Assembly (NCBI GenBank): GCA_020137815.1
Contig: CM035359.1
Span: 2,418,001-2,482,000, forward strand
Reading direction: 5' to 3'
Length of the DNA: 64,000 bases
Source: Hormiphora californensis
Taxonomy: Eukaryota > Animalia > Ctenophora
The position numbers and the translations under genes are program-made. The notes under the pieces were generated by a model. The model had not been told where the DNA came from. It searched no databases and saw only the letters and a list, made by a program, of their open reading frames with translations. How positions within the stretch are numbered: position 1 is the stretch's first letter; each line of letters opens with the position of its first letter. Below, one piece after another: positions 11,317-24,800 of the stretch.

Positions 11317-12182
11317 CCGCTGTTCTTAGCACGGCAGTGTAAGTTAAAGTCCAGTACAGTACAGATGGAGTGTGTACGACTAATCAACTTGAACGAGCGA
11401 CAGTGGACAGAGAGATAGATATGGAGAGAGATGGATAGAGGGAGAGAGAAAGAGAGAGAGAGAGAGAATAGAGAAACAGAGGCAGAAAGAAGGTCACACA
11501 GCGCACGTATACAAAATAAGACCCCCTGGCAAAAACATGCCTGGTATTTTTAGGTGGTTTACACTTTTTTTGTAGCCTTGGGCGTACACACACACACACA
11601 CACAAACACACGGGTGTAACTCTCTATTAATCCTTTTACCTACCGCAAGATTATTTAGCGACTAAGCTATGGGGGGCATTGCATATAATATATGTAGTGT
11701 GTCTGGGGGTTCACTTGGGAAGAGACAGCTTTTCCTTGTCTTGTGACCAACACTAACCAACGGCAGACCAGAAGTGCTGTCACGTGACCGAAACAGGCCA
11801 ATGGTGGACGAGTATTTCCTGGCTACTGTGGTTAGTGTGTAGTATGTAGTGGTGAGAGAGAAGGTGCGAATTTGAGGAGTAGCTACTTCCTTTTGGGGCG
11901 AATAGGAGCGAGTGAAAAATTGTTTATTTAGAGGAGTCTCCAAGTTTGAACAGAGCTTCAGCTAACAAACATAATTATACGAACAATCATGGTGAAACAG
12001 AGTTATGCATGTGTTCTAAATCCATCATGATAGTGTTTATATTCTCCAAAAAGTAATTGTTCGTAAAAACATTTCTGTAGACGTGATCTGAATTGTTGAG
12101 ATTATGGATTAATTAAGGGGTTTCACAATCTTCATCGGGAGTGATATGATGAATCAGAAGATTAATCACGGACAGAGAGAGA

Positions 12183-12243
<61 letters not shown>

Positions 12244-12606
12244 GCGAGAATATTACCATGGATACAACAGCATTCGATCTATCTTCATTCATTAAAGTGG
12301 ATATTTTATGAACAACAACATCCCCCTATAATATCATACAATGGTATCGGCGACATTGGTTCTCCATTGGAGAATATAATCGCAAGCGCACAGAATTCTT
12401 GGGGAAAAAGTAAACAACCAGCTTTATTTTCGGGAAATAAATGGGGCGAACACAAAACATAATAGGTAGTTAAACCGAAACCTGTTAGAAGAAGATCAAC
12501 ACTAAACCAGTATGTAAAAACCCAATTAAACATTTAATATATTATCTGCATCAAAACAGAATCAGTTCACCCTAAATTACCATATATTTGGGCATCACGT
12601 GGCCCC

Positions 12607-15290
12607 CTAAACAGCTGACCAACCTCCAGTTAATTTCTGTTTCGTGTTGATGGCCTTTTTCCCAAACTTTTTGTTGTGATTGTCCAGCAGCAACGAGCAC
12701 ACAATCTCCATCAAATCTTCAAACACCTTGGGATTGCACTGCTCTGCCGACAGTTGCAAGATACATCTTCCCGTCGTTCCTACACTCTTAAACACCATTT
12801 TATACCTCTTCAAATCCTTCAACAAACTGGTAGCTAGAAAATGTTTATACGCTGCCGAGATGAACACAAACATGCACGTTTGAGTGACAAGGGAGACTCC
12901 ATTGCAGAGAACTGTGAAGATCATAAGGAACCATAGGATGAGGAAGAAGTATTGGTTTCCGATGTTCTGGGGTAGGACACAAAGGAGAGATTTCTGGGTC
13001 AACCCAGATTGGGCCCACGTGTGGATCTCACAACCAACCATCTTGGGGAAGAGGAGGTCCATGGACTCCATTTTACCTCCCTGAAAATATGTCCAGCTTA
13101 TCGGGTTGTATATAATGAAGTATTGCATACAGAAAGATATAAGTGAGGTGGTATACTATGAACGTCCTCTACTCTCATCATTATGCGATGGTGCAATTGG
13201 AATATACACACATGGAGGGGCCTGCACACAATTTGCATGTGGTTACGAAGATCTTTGAGTATCTACACATCACTCTCTAAAAGGGCGTGGATCTTGTGTG
13301 TGTATCATGATCCTGGCACGTGGATGGTAATCATTTGTCTGCTGAAATGAGTCACTGTAACTGCTGCACGCGTACACGACGTTTTGTACATTTGGAATGA
13401 TCAATTGAGTGTAGAGAGAGAGGATTCAGTTGTGTCGAGGAGAGAGAGAGCTAAGAGAAAATGGGTTTGCATCGAATGATGATGAGATCTAGCTGGTGAA
13501 ATAGTAACTGTGCAGTGAACGGCTAATCAACCTGTGAGTGTGCACGTGTTAATGTAATAATGGGAGAGAGAGAGAGAGAGAGAGAAGAGAGAGAGTGAGA
13601 GAGAGAGATCTAGTAGCCGATATATATGGATTGGAGATACTAAATGGGAAGGGAGAGAGGGAGATGGAACAAAGGGCCACATGTGTGTAACATAGAGGGA
13701 GCTAAGATGATGATAATGACCACACCACCACACTATATCTATTGTCTACCCACAAGACCCAATATAAATTGCGGTGACGGGAGTCAAACCTCAATATATC
13801 AAGGTCTTTTCTTACATGTATAAGGGAAGACCGGGAGCAGAGGTTTACGGTATATTGAGGGCCGTTTAAATGTATTGATTGAGATAAAGGTACATTGAAG
13901 ACCGTTACTGTATATTTACCTTGAGAAGGGATGAGATGAAGTCGTACCCATACCATATGAAGCTTCCTTGGGCAAGAATTACATGTGTCACATACATAAG
14001 AATGATACTGTTTGCAAGGTAGAGGATTTTTACCAGGATTACTGAAATGTGTGGTTTTGTTGTATTAGAACAGTCGCAAAGTTACTCTGAGTTGAACAAT
14101 GTTCGTCGGCCGCAAAGTTATTCCTGCTTTCCCGTGGATGACAACGGTCGCAAAGTTATTACCTGTATAGAACATTGAGTGTCGATGATAATAGAGGGTC
14201 AGTGGGTTGTCGTGGTTCATCAGAGGATCGAGTTTTATGTACAGCCATCTCGATACATTGTCCACTTTTCGTCTGATTTCAGGCTCCGTGAGCGTCTGGG
14301 GGAATCGATTAAAATTATGCAAGATATGATTATATATTCTTGGCCTAAATTCTGGAGAATGTAGATGGATGATTGAGATCGTCACGTCTTACTGGAAACA
14401 TGTACACTACACGCAGCAAAGAACGACTGACAACTTCTATTCGCTAACTATTATTCAACTAATAATTACATAATTTTACCTCATCATTACACATCAGGGA
14501 TACCAAAAGTGGTTTAATATCATAAATCCCTGAGCAATGTCGGAAGACGGTGTAAGGGAAGTAGAATGCGGCGCCCAGAGCACAAAAATAAAAGGGAACA
14601 AACATGTACCACACATGGTACACAGTGGTGAGGGGTTTCAAGTCAGCCGGGTCAGGGCAGGAGATTGGGGTGCCGTTTTTGAAGCGAAATCCAGGAAAAC
14701 AGGAGTATCCTTTTACCGGAACAATACCTAGAGGAGCGGAATGGATATATTATGATTTTAGTTATAAAACTATGGTTCAAAAGATAGGTATATCAGTCAA
14801 CGCCCTTTGTATGGGGTCCTATTTTCCTTCGGGCCTAGATTTATAGTAGCTTACAATTACTGTGACTACGAACAGAGAGAAACTAAAACTACCAGAATTA
14901 ATGTCTGTAATTACCTGGATATGGTATTTGATCAGGCCATGAGAGTGAGTAGGCCTCTGTAACGGTGTAGAGACCATGGGCCGAACAATATTCGTTAATA
15001 AAGGCTTCATGCTCCGTTGCTATTGATTTGTCATCTTTCCCATCCGCTATACACTGTATTATCGTTCCTAAATTCTGAAAAAAAATCCTTTTATACCAGC
15101 TGAACCTAGTCGAGAATAAAATTATTTAGATTTCTAAAACACTTACTTGTTTTAACGTCATAATGCAGGCTGCAATGAAACAGAACATGACCATGTAAAT
15201 TCTGTTCAGTTGATCCCATCGGTCATCGATTGTCACTGTTTTTATTGTAAACAGAGACTTGAGGTTCCCAGTCACCAGATCAAAAACCAT
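12607..15290 (-). CDS. INXC: Innexin, ctenophore INXC-like (6 exons)
   Basis: Exons: 15290-15147 MVFDLVTGNLKSLFTIKTVTIDDRWDQLNRIYMVMFCFIAACIMTLKQ; 15074-14915 ...QCIADG...NEYCSAHGLYTVTEAYSLSWPDQIPYP; 14727-14480 ...VYHVWYMFVPFYF...; 14295-14163; 14041-13920; 13080-12607 ...DLLFPKMVGCEIHTW...LCVLPQNIGNQYFFLILWF...GGWSAV-stop. All introns are GT-AG with compatible phases. Symbol from recalled similarity. Confidence 0.92.
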
Positions 15291-15825
15291 GGTGATTTAA
15301 GGATATATTTTCTTCCTGTGGGTGTTTTCCCAATCCTCTTCTCTAATTCTACTTTCTTTCCTCGGGAGTTAGTTGGTGGGTGTAATCAATAGTTCTTTGA
15401 ATTGAGGTATCCATATTTAGCGGTCCTTGGATGAGGTCACTCAACTTTGGGGGATCATTAGCATTTCATGATCTGAGCACACAAATTGGAAAACGCATTA
15501 ATTGATTGACCTGGACAAAAATGGGTACTATGATTAAAGTATGGGAAGTAGCATTACGAAACTGGAGTAGCATTACGTAAGCAGCTCAAGGAATGGAAAC
15601 GATCTGCCAGAAAGATCAAGAATGCAAAATTCTACAACAACTGAATGCAAATTTGCAGGGCTTTGTATAAAGAGAGCTAGAGGCGGGTCTGGGTATGTGA
15701 AACAATAGGCCGACAATCAGAGATACGAAATTGCATATGGAAGATGGCACACATTGGAACCTAGATGGGGAGAGAAAGATGGGGAGAGATAGGGAGATAG
15801 AGAGAAAGAGAGAGATAGGGAGATA

Positions 15826-15885
<60 letters not shown>

Positions 15886-18800
15886 CGTAGAAAGCTGGAC
15901 GCAGCTCACGCATGTAGACGCGGGTGTGCAGCGTGTGTTAAGTGAGAGTGGTAGTTAGGCGTGTTGCCCAATTTCAAAATTGAGTTCTACCGCATAAGAA
16001 ATGTTTCATTATTAAGAGATTATTTAGATAATTTTACTAGAGGCCAGCTATTGTGTTTATGAAGGAGCATCCTTGCTAGAGAGATTTTATGAAGGAGCGA
16101 AAGCTGTAGACACTGTATTCACCATCGTGATTACTGAGTAAGCAATCTATCTATACACACGCGAAGACAAGTGTGAAAGGAGTGCAGAGCCACTATATCG
16201 GAGAGAGAGAGAGAGAGAGAGTGAGAGAAAAAGAGAGTGAGATAGTGAATGATATATACGACCAGAAAAATCAGAAGTGAGATAGAAAGACATTGCTTGG
16301 TATACACGTGTCCACTCCCAGTACAATCTGATCTTAATAAGTCGTCAATAGAAAGACAATGAAGAAAACCACGTCTTGGCATCACGAACGGTGCCAAAAG
16401 CATCTGATACTCCACGGAAATTAGAAGTATTATAGATTCAAAAACATAATAAGATGGGAAGTAAGCTGAAAGTTAAAATTGACCCCATCTATGTCTGAGA
16501 AAATGAACCAAGGTCAAAACGTTGAATTACTCGGTCGATTATAAAACCATGGTAGTTCAATCTTAATGCCGGCCTACTTTCATTTCTCTATCTCTATCTC
16601 TATCTCTATCTCTATCTCTATCTCTATCTCTATCTCTATCTCTATCTCTATCTCTTACTCTTCCTATTTCTATCTCTTCGCTTCCCCTAAACTCAATGTC
16701 TAGTATAAAAATGCGCTCGGTTTTTATTTTATTGCCACATTTTGCTTTGTACCCCGGCCCGGAAAAAGAAGAAAAAGAAGGGGAAAAAATATTTGTGTGG
16801 TACGATGACATTGCAGGAGATAATAGAGAGAGGGGAAGGGAGAGAGAGGAAAAGTAGGAAAGGGGAGAGAGAGAGGGAGAAAAAAAGAAAAGAATAAAAG
16901 GGGGTTCGGGGAGGGTTAAAGGTTTTTGGGCGTTTAGGGGGAAGGGGAGCCGAGGTTTTTTCCGGGTTTCCCCCAAACCCCCCCCCGAAAAAAGGGGCCC
17001 CAAGGATCTAACGATTGGGGGGATTCCGGGATTCCCCGTTAGGGGGAAAAGGAGGGTTTTTTGGGGTTTCGTTTTTTGACCAGGGATGCGGGAAAGGGCC
17101 TTTTCCCTGGGGGGTAAATTTTTCCATTCCCCCCTACAATTTCCCTCGGGCCATAACTGTTGCCGGGGGGGGTTGGGGCCGGGGCCTCTTCCTCCCCCTC
17201 CCCCGGGGGCCCAAAAATTGGGGTCTTCTCTTCTTTCTCTCTCCCCTCCCCCTTTTTACTTCTCTTTTCCCCAATTTCCCACCAAACTTGCCGGGCTTTC
17301 CTCGGGGGGGCCTTTTGGTTTTCTCCCCATTTTTGGGGGCCCGGTTTTGTTTTTGGGGGTTCAACGGGGGAAATTCAAAGGCTGGTTTGGTTTCCCCCCC
17401 TTGGGTCCGGGGCTGGACGGGGGGGGCGGGGGCCTTTTAAATTGGGTGGTTTTTACCGAAGGGTTAATTTTTGGGCGCTCCAGTTTCTGGCCTTCCTTTT
17501 TGCTTCTCTTTTTTGGCCCCCCTCTTCTCCTTTCCCCAATTCTCTGTTTTTCTTTTTTCAAAGCCTTTTACCCAAAATTAGGTTTTGAAACATTCTTAAT
17601 CCCCCCCATTTTCCAAGGAAATTAAAATTCCGGGTTTTTAATTTGGTAAAAGGGGTTTTATTTATAATTGTAAATTTGGGTTTGGGGTTTTGTTTTATTC
17701 GCCATATCGTCACTCTCAGTTTCTAAATTTTCCATTTCTTCCAACTTCTTTTCGAATAACCACCAAACACTTTCCAGCACATACCAATCAGAAGCATAGA
17801 ATGCTGCACTCTCTCTCTCTCTCCCTCTCTTTCTCTCTCTTTCCCCCTCTCTTCTCTCTCCGGGAGCGTGTCCCCATGGTCTCTGTTGTTTAGACCAGAC
17901 TTGAGATGAAATGAACTTTTCGGAAATATGATGATCTTGAGAGGCAAGAATGGGAGATAGAGGGATAAAGATAGAGATCTCGAAAGCTAAGGAGAGAGAT
18001 CATGAGAGACAGAATGACAGAGGAATAGAATAGAGATTGAGATAGAGAGGGAATCAAAGAGGAAAGGGGAATTGGGAAAAGAAAGAGAGTCCTTTTTTTT
18101 TTTTTTTCTTTTTAGATGAGAGAGAGAGGGGAAAATCCAACAAAAGAAGGTCGCAGGCGAATAAAATGGCCGGGTCTTTTTTAATACTAAATCGTTTTTC
18201 ATGTTACTACCCCTTACTCAAATGGGAGCTTGCTTTTTGGGTAAAATAGGGGCGATAAAATTTTAGAATGGATACAACCCTTTGATCAAAAAGTACTTAC
18301 TGTATTTTCAAACTGTAACCAACTAAGTGATCAAATTTGGGCAAATACAAAATATAAAAAAGGATCCAATTTTAAAAAAAAAAAACCCCCTTAACCCCCT
18401 TTTGGTTTTTTAATACCCAAATTCGGATACCAAAAGCGAGGAAAAACCAGGGGGTGTTTTTGTTGATCTAATTTTTGGCCCCCCCCTCGAAAAAAGAAAT
18501 TTTAACAAAATGAAAAAATAAACAACGCACCAAAGACACCCGGGGTTGACAAAACCCCAAACCCTACAAAACAAAACGACTACCCCTACATAAACATATA
18601 ATATATTGATAGAAACAAACAAACAAAAACAAAAATCCTATTATATAACTTTACACCCTTTCCCGGGTTTTTTTTCCCCCGGAAAAAAGAAGAACTTATC
18701 GTCCGGGGGATTGGGTCAAGGATGGCTAAAATTTTTATTGGGGAATGATAGAAAAAGGGAAGAGTGTTAGTTTCAAACGAAGGGTGGGAAAGTTAAAATT

Positions 18801-20494
18801 GTGGGGTTTTTTAAAAGCCCTGGGGGTTATTGGGAAAAGGGAAAAATTTAAAGGGAAATTTTAAAAAAAAGAATCAGGGAAATCTAATTAGGGGGAAAAT
18901 ATAATGGAGGTTTTGTAAAAGGGGAAAGGTGTTGGGGTTTTGGTGGGTGGGGTCCCGGGGTCCCTTCGGCCCTTTTGTTTTCTATGTTTTCCCCCCCGGG
19001 GTTTTTTATTTTTTTTTCCCCCCCCGCCGGTCTTCATGCTCTTCCCCTTTCTTTTTCCCCCCCCCTTACCCCCTCCCCCCACCCCCCCCCCCCTTTTCCT
19101 TTTTTCCCACCTTGGGCCCAAAAAAAACCAAACACAGGCAGACCGTTTTTTCCCGAAGGGTTTAAAAGTATATTATAAACCCTTTTTTTTTGGGGGCAAA
19201 AAAAAAGGGTGAAGCAGAAGAACCGGGGGATGTTTTTAACCGAGTAGAAATTGGGTTTTTCGGGGCCCATTTACAAAAACCCCTCTAATATATATTGGAA
19301 TAATAAATAAGATTTTCACACTGTTTTGGGGCTGTTATACATCCAAAGATAGATCTCTATCTTGCAGTTTTTACTGATCAAGTGTTTCCGCGAATAACTT
19401 TGCAACGGGTAATGGTGACACAAAGCAAGTAAAAACGATAAAAACTAGCCAAAACACACACACACACTTGACATGTAAATAACTATATATTTGTATGTTG
19501 TTTGGTTGAAAAAAATTGTCCATTATATATTTTTGTAGCTAGAATTACGTAACACTGCAGCAAAAAAACAAGATATCGATCTACCCCAGCTGAAAACCCA
19601 CTCTCCAAAAAATGAGTGGTTCTGCAGTCTCTCTCTCCCTATCTTCCTTGATCTCTCTCTCTATCAAAAGCTGTTGATACCAGATCAAACAGACGAATAA
19701 AAAAAAGTTTCTCCCTGAGCCCCCTGCGAAAAATTAATTGTCCATCCTCACTTAATATAATATATATTTCTCTCTTTCTACTTCTCTCTTTCTTTCTATC
19801 TAACTCACGCGGTAAAAAAAGATGATCAAGTAAAATGCGATAGGTGACAGAAGATGTAGACACTCCGGACACCAGTCAAAATATAATCTCTAAATTCACC
19901 CCCAAAAAAACGTCCAGAGATCAAAAAAACACGCACACACACGGACAGCCAGGCATTATTCGTGACATATTAATCTGCCAGGAGGGTATATTTCTTCCTC
20001 TCAATTTAAAGAGAGGGAAGAGAAACATCCTAGCAGTTCCATGAGCTGCGTTGACGAGAAATATAAAAGCAAACGAAAAACGAGAAGGCTCACCCCGCTT
20101 GGGTATGGCACACATGTCCATATATGGTAATGTATACATACCGTATATGGAATTCTCCTATCTGAAACACAGATCCGATCTGCTGAGTTCCTCCCATACA
20201 ATCGTTCGAAATTGGACACAGTTTTGGTGACCAAAACTTGCCCCAAATATTACTATCTCTTTCTCTCTCCTCTCTCTCTATCCCTATCCCTCTCTCTCTC
20301 ACTCCCTCTTTCTATATCTCTCTCTCTCAACTCTTACTAATCTGATAAGCTCTCTGTAGTGTAAAAATTACCCACGGCAAAATTGTTTTTGTCAACCAAA
20401 CAATAATCACCTGTAACCCTGAAATATATATCGAGACAGAAAGACAGATACATAATACCTATCTCTCCATCTTTTTTCCCCGGAACTCTTTCCC

Positions 20495-21824
20495 TTAGTT
20501 CAGATCTGGATCATCGCCCATGTTTCGGCCCTTCTTTGATACGTGCGTTCGGATGAGTCGCGGACATACGTTGTTCATGATTTCTTGGAAAGCAACTGGA
20601 GAGATTGAGGAAGCAATGACGTTCAGGTAAACCCGGCCTGAGGTTCCAACCTTGTAGTATACTTTCTTGTACTGAAGGAAGGGTTAGGGTCAGAGAGATA
20701 TAGGAAGCTGGAAGGGTTGAGTTAGGGTCAGAGAGATATAGGAAGGTGGAGGGTGAAGGTCCGGGGGAATAAAACATCCCCCAAAAGTCTCTATTTATAC
20801 AGTGCAGATGTCAAGACTTACATGAGGATCATCTTTAAGGAAAGCACTGGCAAGCATCCTCTGGTAACTTCCATAGATGAACACAACTCGGATAATACCA
20901 GCCAAGACGTTGAAAACATTAGAAACAATTGTGAACACTGGAAAAGAGAGATAGAATTCATTAGCAACACAATCCCGCAATTGCAATTTAATATAATACG
21001 ACTTTGTCTAGCTTCTTTTCAGTGTCCCATCATGGTATATATATTATATATACACCATGATGACCATATATGTTTCCTTACCTAGAGACCACCATAGGAT
21101 AAGGAAGATGTACTGGTTGATGACATTAGGAGCAAGGACACACATTCCATTCTCATCTTCCAGACCGGTGGGTCCCCACCTCTTGATCTCACAGGCAACC
21201 ATCTGGAGGAGGGAGATAATGTATTTTATGAAGGAGCACGATGCTAATCTAACTTATTTCAAAAGTCGAAAATCATGCTTTCATGATCACATGATTTTGA
21301 TCGTGTAGTTACCTTGGGGAAAAGAAGGTCCTTAATTCCGGTGACATTGACGGGGGGATCAGGCCACTGCTGGGCCCATACAATTCCATACTGTTTGAAG
21401 TCAGCCAACTCGAACATTTCAGCGGTAAGGGTCATCAGGAGCACTGAGACGATGAGATAGCAAATTTTAATTCCAATAACAAGGAGGCCAATTCCGTGTC
21501 GCTGCATGAAGTTAGCGTACATGGAGTGCTCGTTCATGTAGATGGCAAACCTGGACGGGAAAGGGTAATTTTGTTACCAAAGAGCCAAAAAATATTTTCT
21601 TTAAATTGTTCAAGCTTTAAAAAACTGTATTCAAAACTGTATTCAAAACTGTATTCGGTTTTACCTGTGGTACAGCCAAACAGAGGCCTTCTCTGCGTCC
21701 GCCTTGATTCCCTCTTCACCCTCCATGGGGTTGTACAACATAGCAATGAGGGGCTTCAGGTCACCGAACCCGTATCTCTGAGAGAGATTTGTGTGGATAG
21801 TGGTTTTGACGTGGTTATGGGAGT

Positions 21825-21899
<75 letters not shown>

Positions 21900-24800
21900 C
21901 CTAATTTGCTTTTTATCCTCACCTTGTAGATAAGATAGGGGAGGAAGAAGGCGGCAGCAGCCAACCAGAAATAGAATGGAATCCACTGGTACCATAGATG
22001 GTACACTCGGGACGTTGTTGTTGGGACACCATCAGCACAATTTTCACCTATATTACAAGGGGTGTTATCATGGATATTAACACTATGGTTACCATAGTAT
22101 GTTACCATGGTTACCATTACCATGGTTACCATGGTATGTTACCATGGTTACCATTACATGTAGCTTCATATACACAGGTGCACTGAAGCTTCAAACAATA
22201 AGCTCTAAAGGGGTAGAAAGCTAGGGGTCAGTGACAGCATATAATTCCCAATACCATGCGAGGGAAAAAATAAGTGTTAGCTTCTGATATGGCGATGTGA
22301 TCACACACACACACACTTTCACACGAAAAAGAAAGAAAGATTCGAACTTTTATATTATATTGAGGACAAGAAGTTGAGGGTTTAAGCTAAGTTTATTGGT
22401 TCAATGAGTTGTGCATATAAGAGAGAATAATGGTCAAATACACATATCAGAGAATTGAGAAGATTTGAGAGGTATTGGATGGAATTGGTCTCACACTCAC
22501 GCTAGGTGCTAAGAAATGATCGGAATGGGATTGTAATGTTACCATGGTAACTAATTGCAATTTATTACCATGGTAACAAAAAGCACGGATATATATATAT
22601 CCACTAAATATATTTAGTGATTTATATGAAACACCACCAAGTTTAAACACCACCCCCGGCTTCAACCCCCCGCAGGAGAGAGAGAGGCATATCACCCGAA
22701 AAGTTCCCAAAAAGTATAGCAAGATGATACAGTCGGACCCCGGAATTCCTAGGTTTCGCTCGGTAAATCGGGGTCTGACTGTATAAGTTTATTCCAAAGA
22801 GACAAGTAAAGCGGAGAAATGAAGTATGAGAGCTGTGCGGCCTGAGAGGTAAGGCGCGTGCTCCAGAACTCACCAAAATATGACATTGAGCTACCCTCTT
22901 GGGTTTGATCTAGGGTGGAATCGAGATATATAATTGGGGTCTGAATGTTATTGGGATTGGAACTTGTTATGGTTTTGTGAGCTGTTTTTTGTAAAATGAA
23001 GTAGGTTTGTGAGGTGATGAAATACACAGAGTGGTATAACAGTAACACGCAGCGTTTTTGTACGCAGATATAAAAATGTCTAGTGACGGCTCTTTTTTCA
23101 AAGTCCGGTTTCTAATTGAGTCTAATTGGGGTTAAATTGCCTGCGTCAATCGGAGTACGAAGCTGGCCTGTTATACTGGTCTGAGTCTGTGTTCACTCTA
23201 ACACTTGTCGCGGAACAATTGAAAATGTGAAAAACGACCGAGACAGAAGGAGAGTGAGAGAGCTAGATGGAGATATAATAGGGATAGAGGGAGAGAGAGA
23301 GTGAGAGAACGAAGGATAGAGGTTTAAGGGGAATGGAGAGGGAGTCAGAGCTAGAGGGAGAGTGTGAGATAGGAAGACCTTGTTACGGACAGCAATATAT
23401 ATAAAAACACTCACCCAGGCAGAGAGGGACCTCCTCAGGGATGAGACCGGGGTAGGGGACGTGCATTGAGTTCTCGTTGTAAGCCTCCCTGATTGTATAC
23501 AGACCTGCAGGGGGCATGTGGTTAGTGTTGGAATGTGGTTAGTGTTGGAATGTGGTTAGTGTTGGAATGTGGTTAGTGTTGGAATGTGGTTAGTGTTGGA
23601 ATGTGGTTAGTGTTGGAATGTGGTTAGTGTTGGAATGTGGTTAGTGTTGGAATGTGGTTAGTGTTGGAATGTGGTTAGTGTTGGAATGTGGTTAGTGTTG
23701 GAATGTGGTTAGTGTTGGAATGTGGTTAGTGTTGGAATGTGGTTAGTGTTGGAATGTGGTTAGTGTTGGAATGTGGTTAGTGTTGGAATGTGGTTAGTGT
23801 TGGAATGTGGTTAGTGTTGGAATGTGGTTAGTGTTGGAATGTGGTTAGTGTTGGAATGTGGTTAGTGTTGGAATGTGGTTAGTGTTGGAATGTGGTTAGT
23901 GTTGGAATGTGGTTAGTGTTGGAATGTGGTTAGTGTTGGAATGTGGTTAGTGTTGGAATGTGGTTAGTGTTGGAATGTGGTTAGTGTTGGAATGTGGTTA
24001 GTGTTGGAATGTGGTTAGTGTTGGAATGTGGTTAGTGTTGGAATGTGGTTAGTGTTGGAATGTGGTTAGGGAGGGGGAGGGGGTGATATATGTAATGTGG
24101 TTAGGGGGTGCAGTGATAGGGTACGTGGTTACTGGTTAGGGAGGGGAAGGGGTGACATGGGGCATCCAGCATGTGGTTAGGTTTTGGATGGGGTGGTGAT
24201 TGGGGGGATCTCAAGCTGTAATAACTTTCGATATCTTAAGCCATTTCAATTCAGACTTTAGCAGGGGCGAAGAGACTAAAAGGGATATGATATATATGGT
24301 TTCATCTAAGCGTAGATTAATTATGAACGACCGGCGGCACTAATCACACCCCCTTATATAATAACTCCTCTTACCCACAACAAATGTGTGAATTTGTATA
24401 TCATCACCACCCAAATATAGAACTACTTCACCATTACTCAGCTAGGGAACACACCCGCGGCGCTCACTGTCATCTTAATATTATTAGCCCTGACCTTACC
24501 AAAGCGAAACTTGAAGTTTATTAGTCCTGGCCTTACACTTCAACCCATGACATAATGTATAGTAACCACTAACCTTACTACTGCCATTACATAATGTGAA
24601 ACACTTGACTTGAAACCCGACAAGCGGCCCACATGGTATTAGTCCTTACCAAACTTTCACACTATGTTTAAACAAAGTATGACAAAATGGTCAATATTTG
24701 TTTACACATCTACGAAATACATCACTACCCTATTATATAGATTATGATGTACAAACAAGGCTACTCCCCTTGTCAATTCCCGGCTCGAAATGTTCGCCAA

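Noticed and set aside
16750-19280. Many Gly/Pro/Phe/Lys-rich ORFs between the second and third innexins
   Set aside because: They come from homopolymer-inflated low-quality sequence. The same applies to ~6450-7310 and ~44800-46720.
23516-24069. Possible interstitial telomeric repeat (contains GGTTAG)
   Set aside because: The unit is a 17-mer, not tandem TTAGGG.
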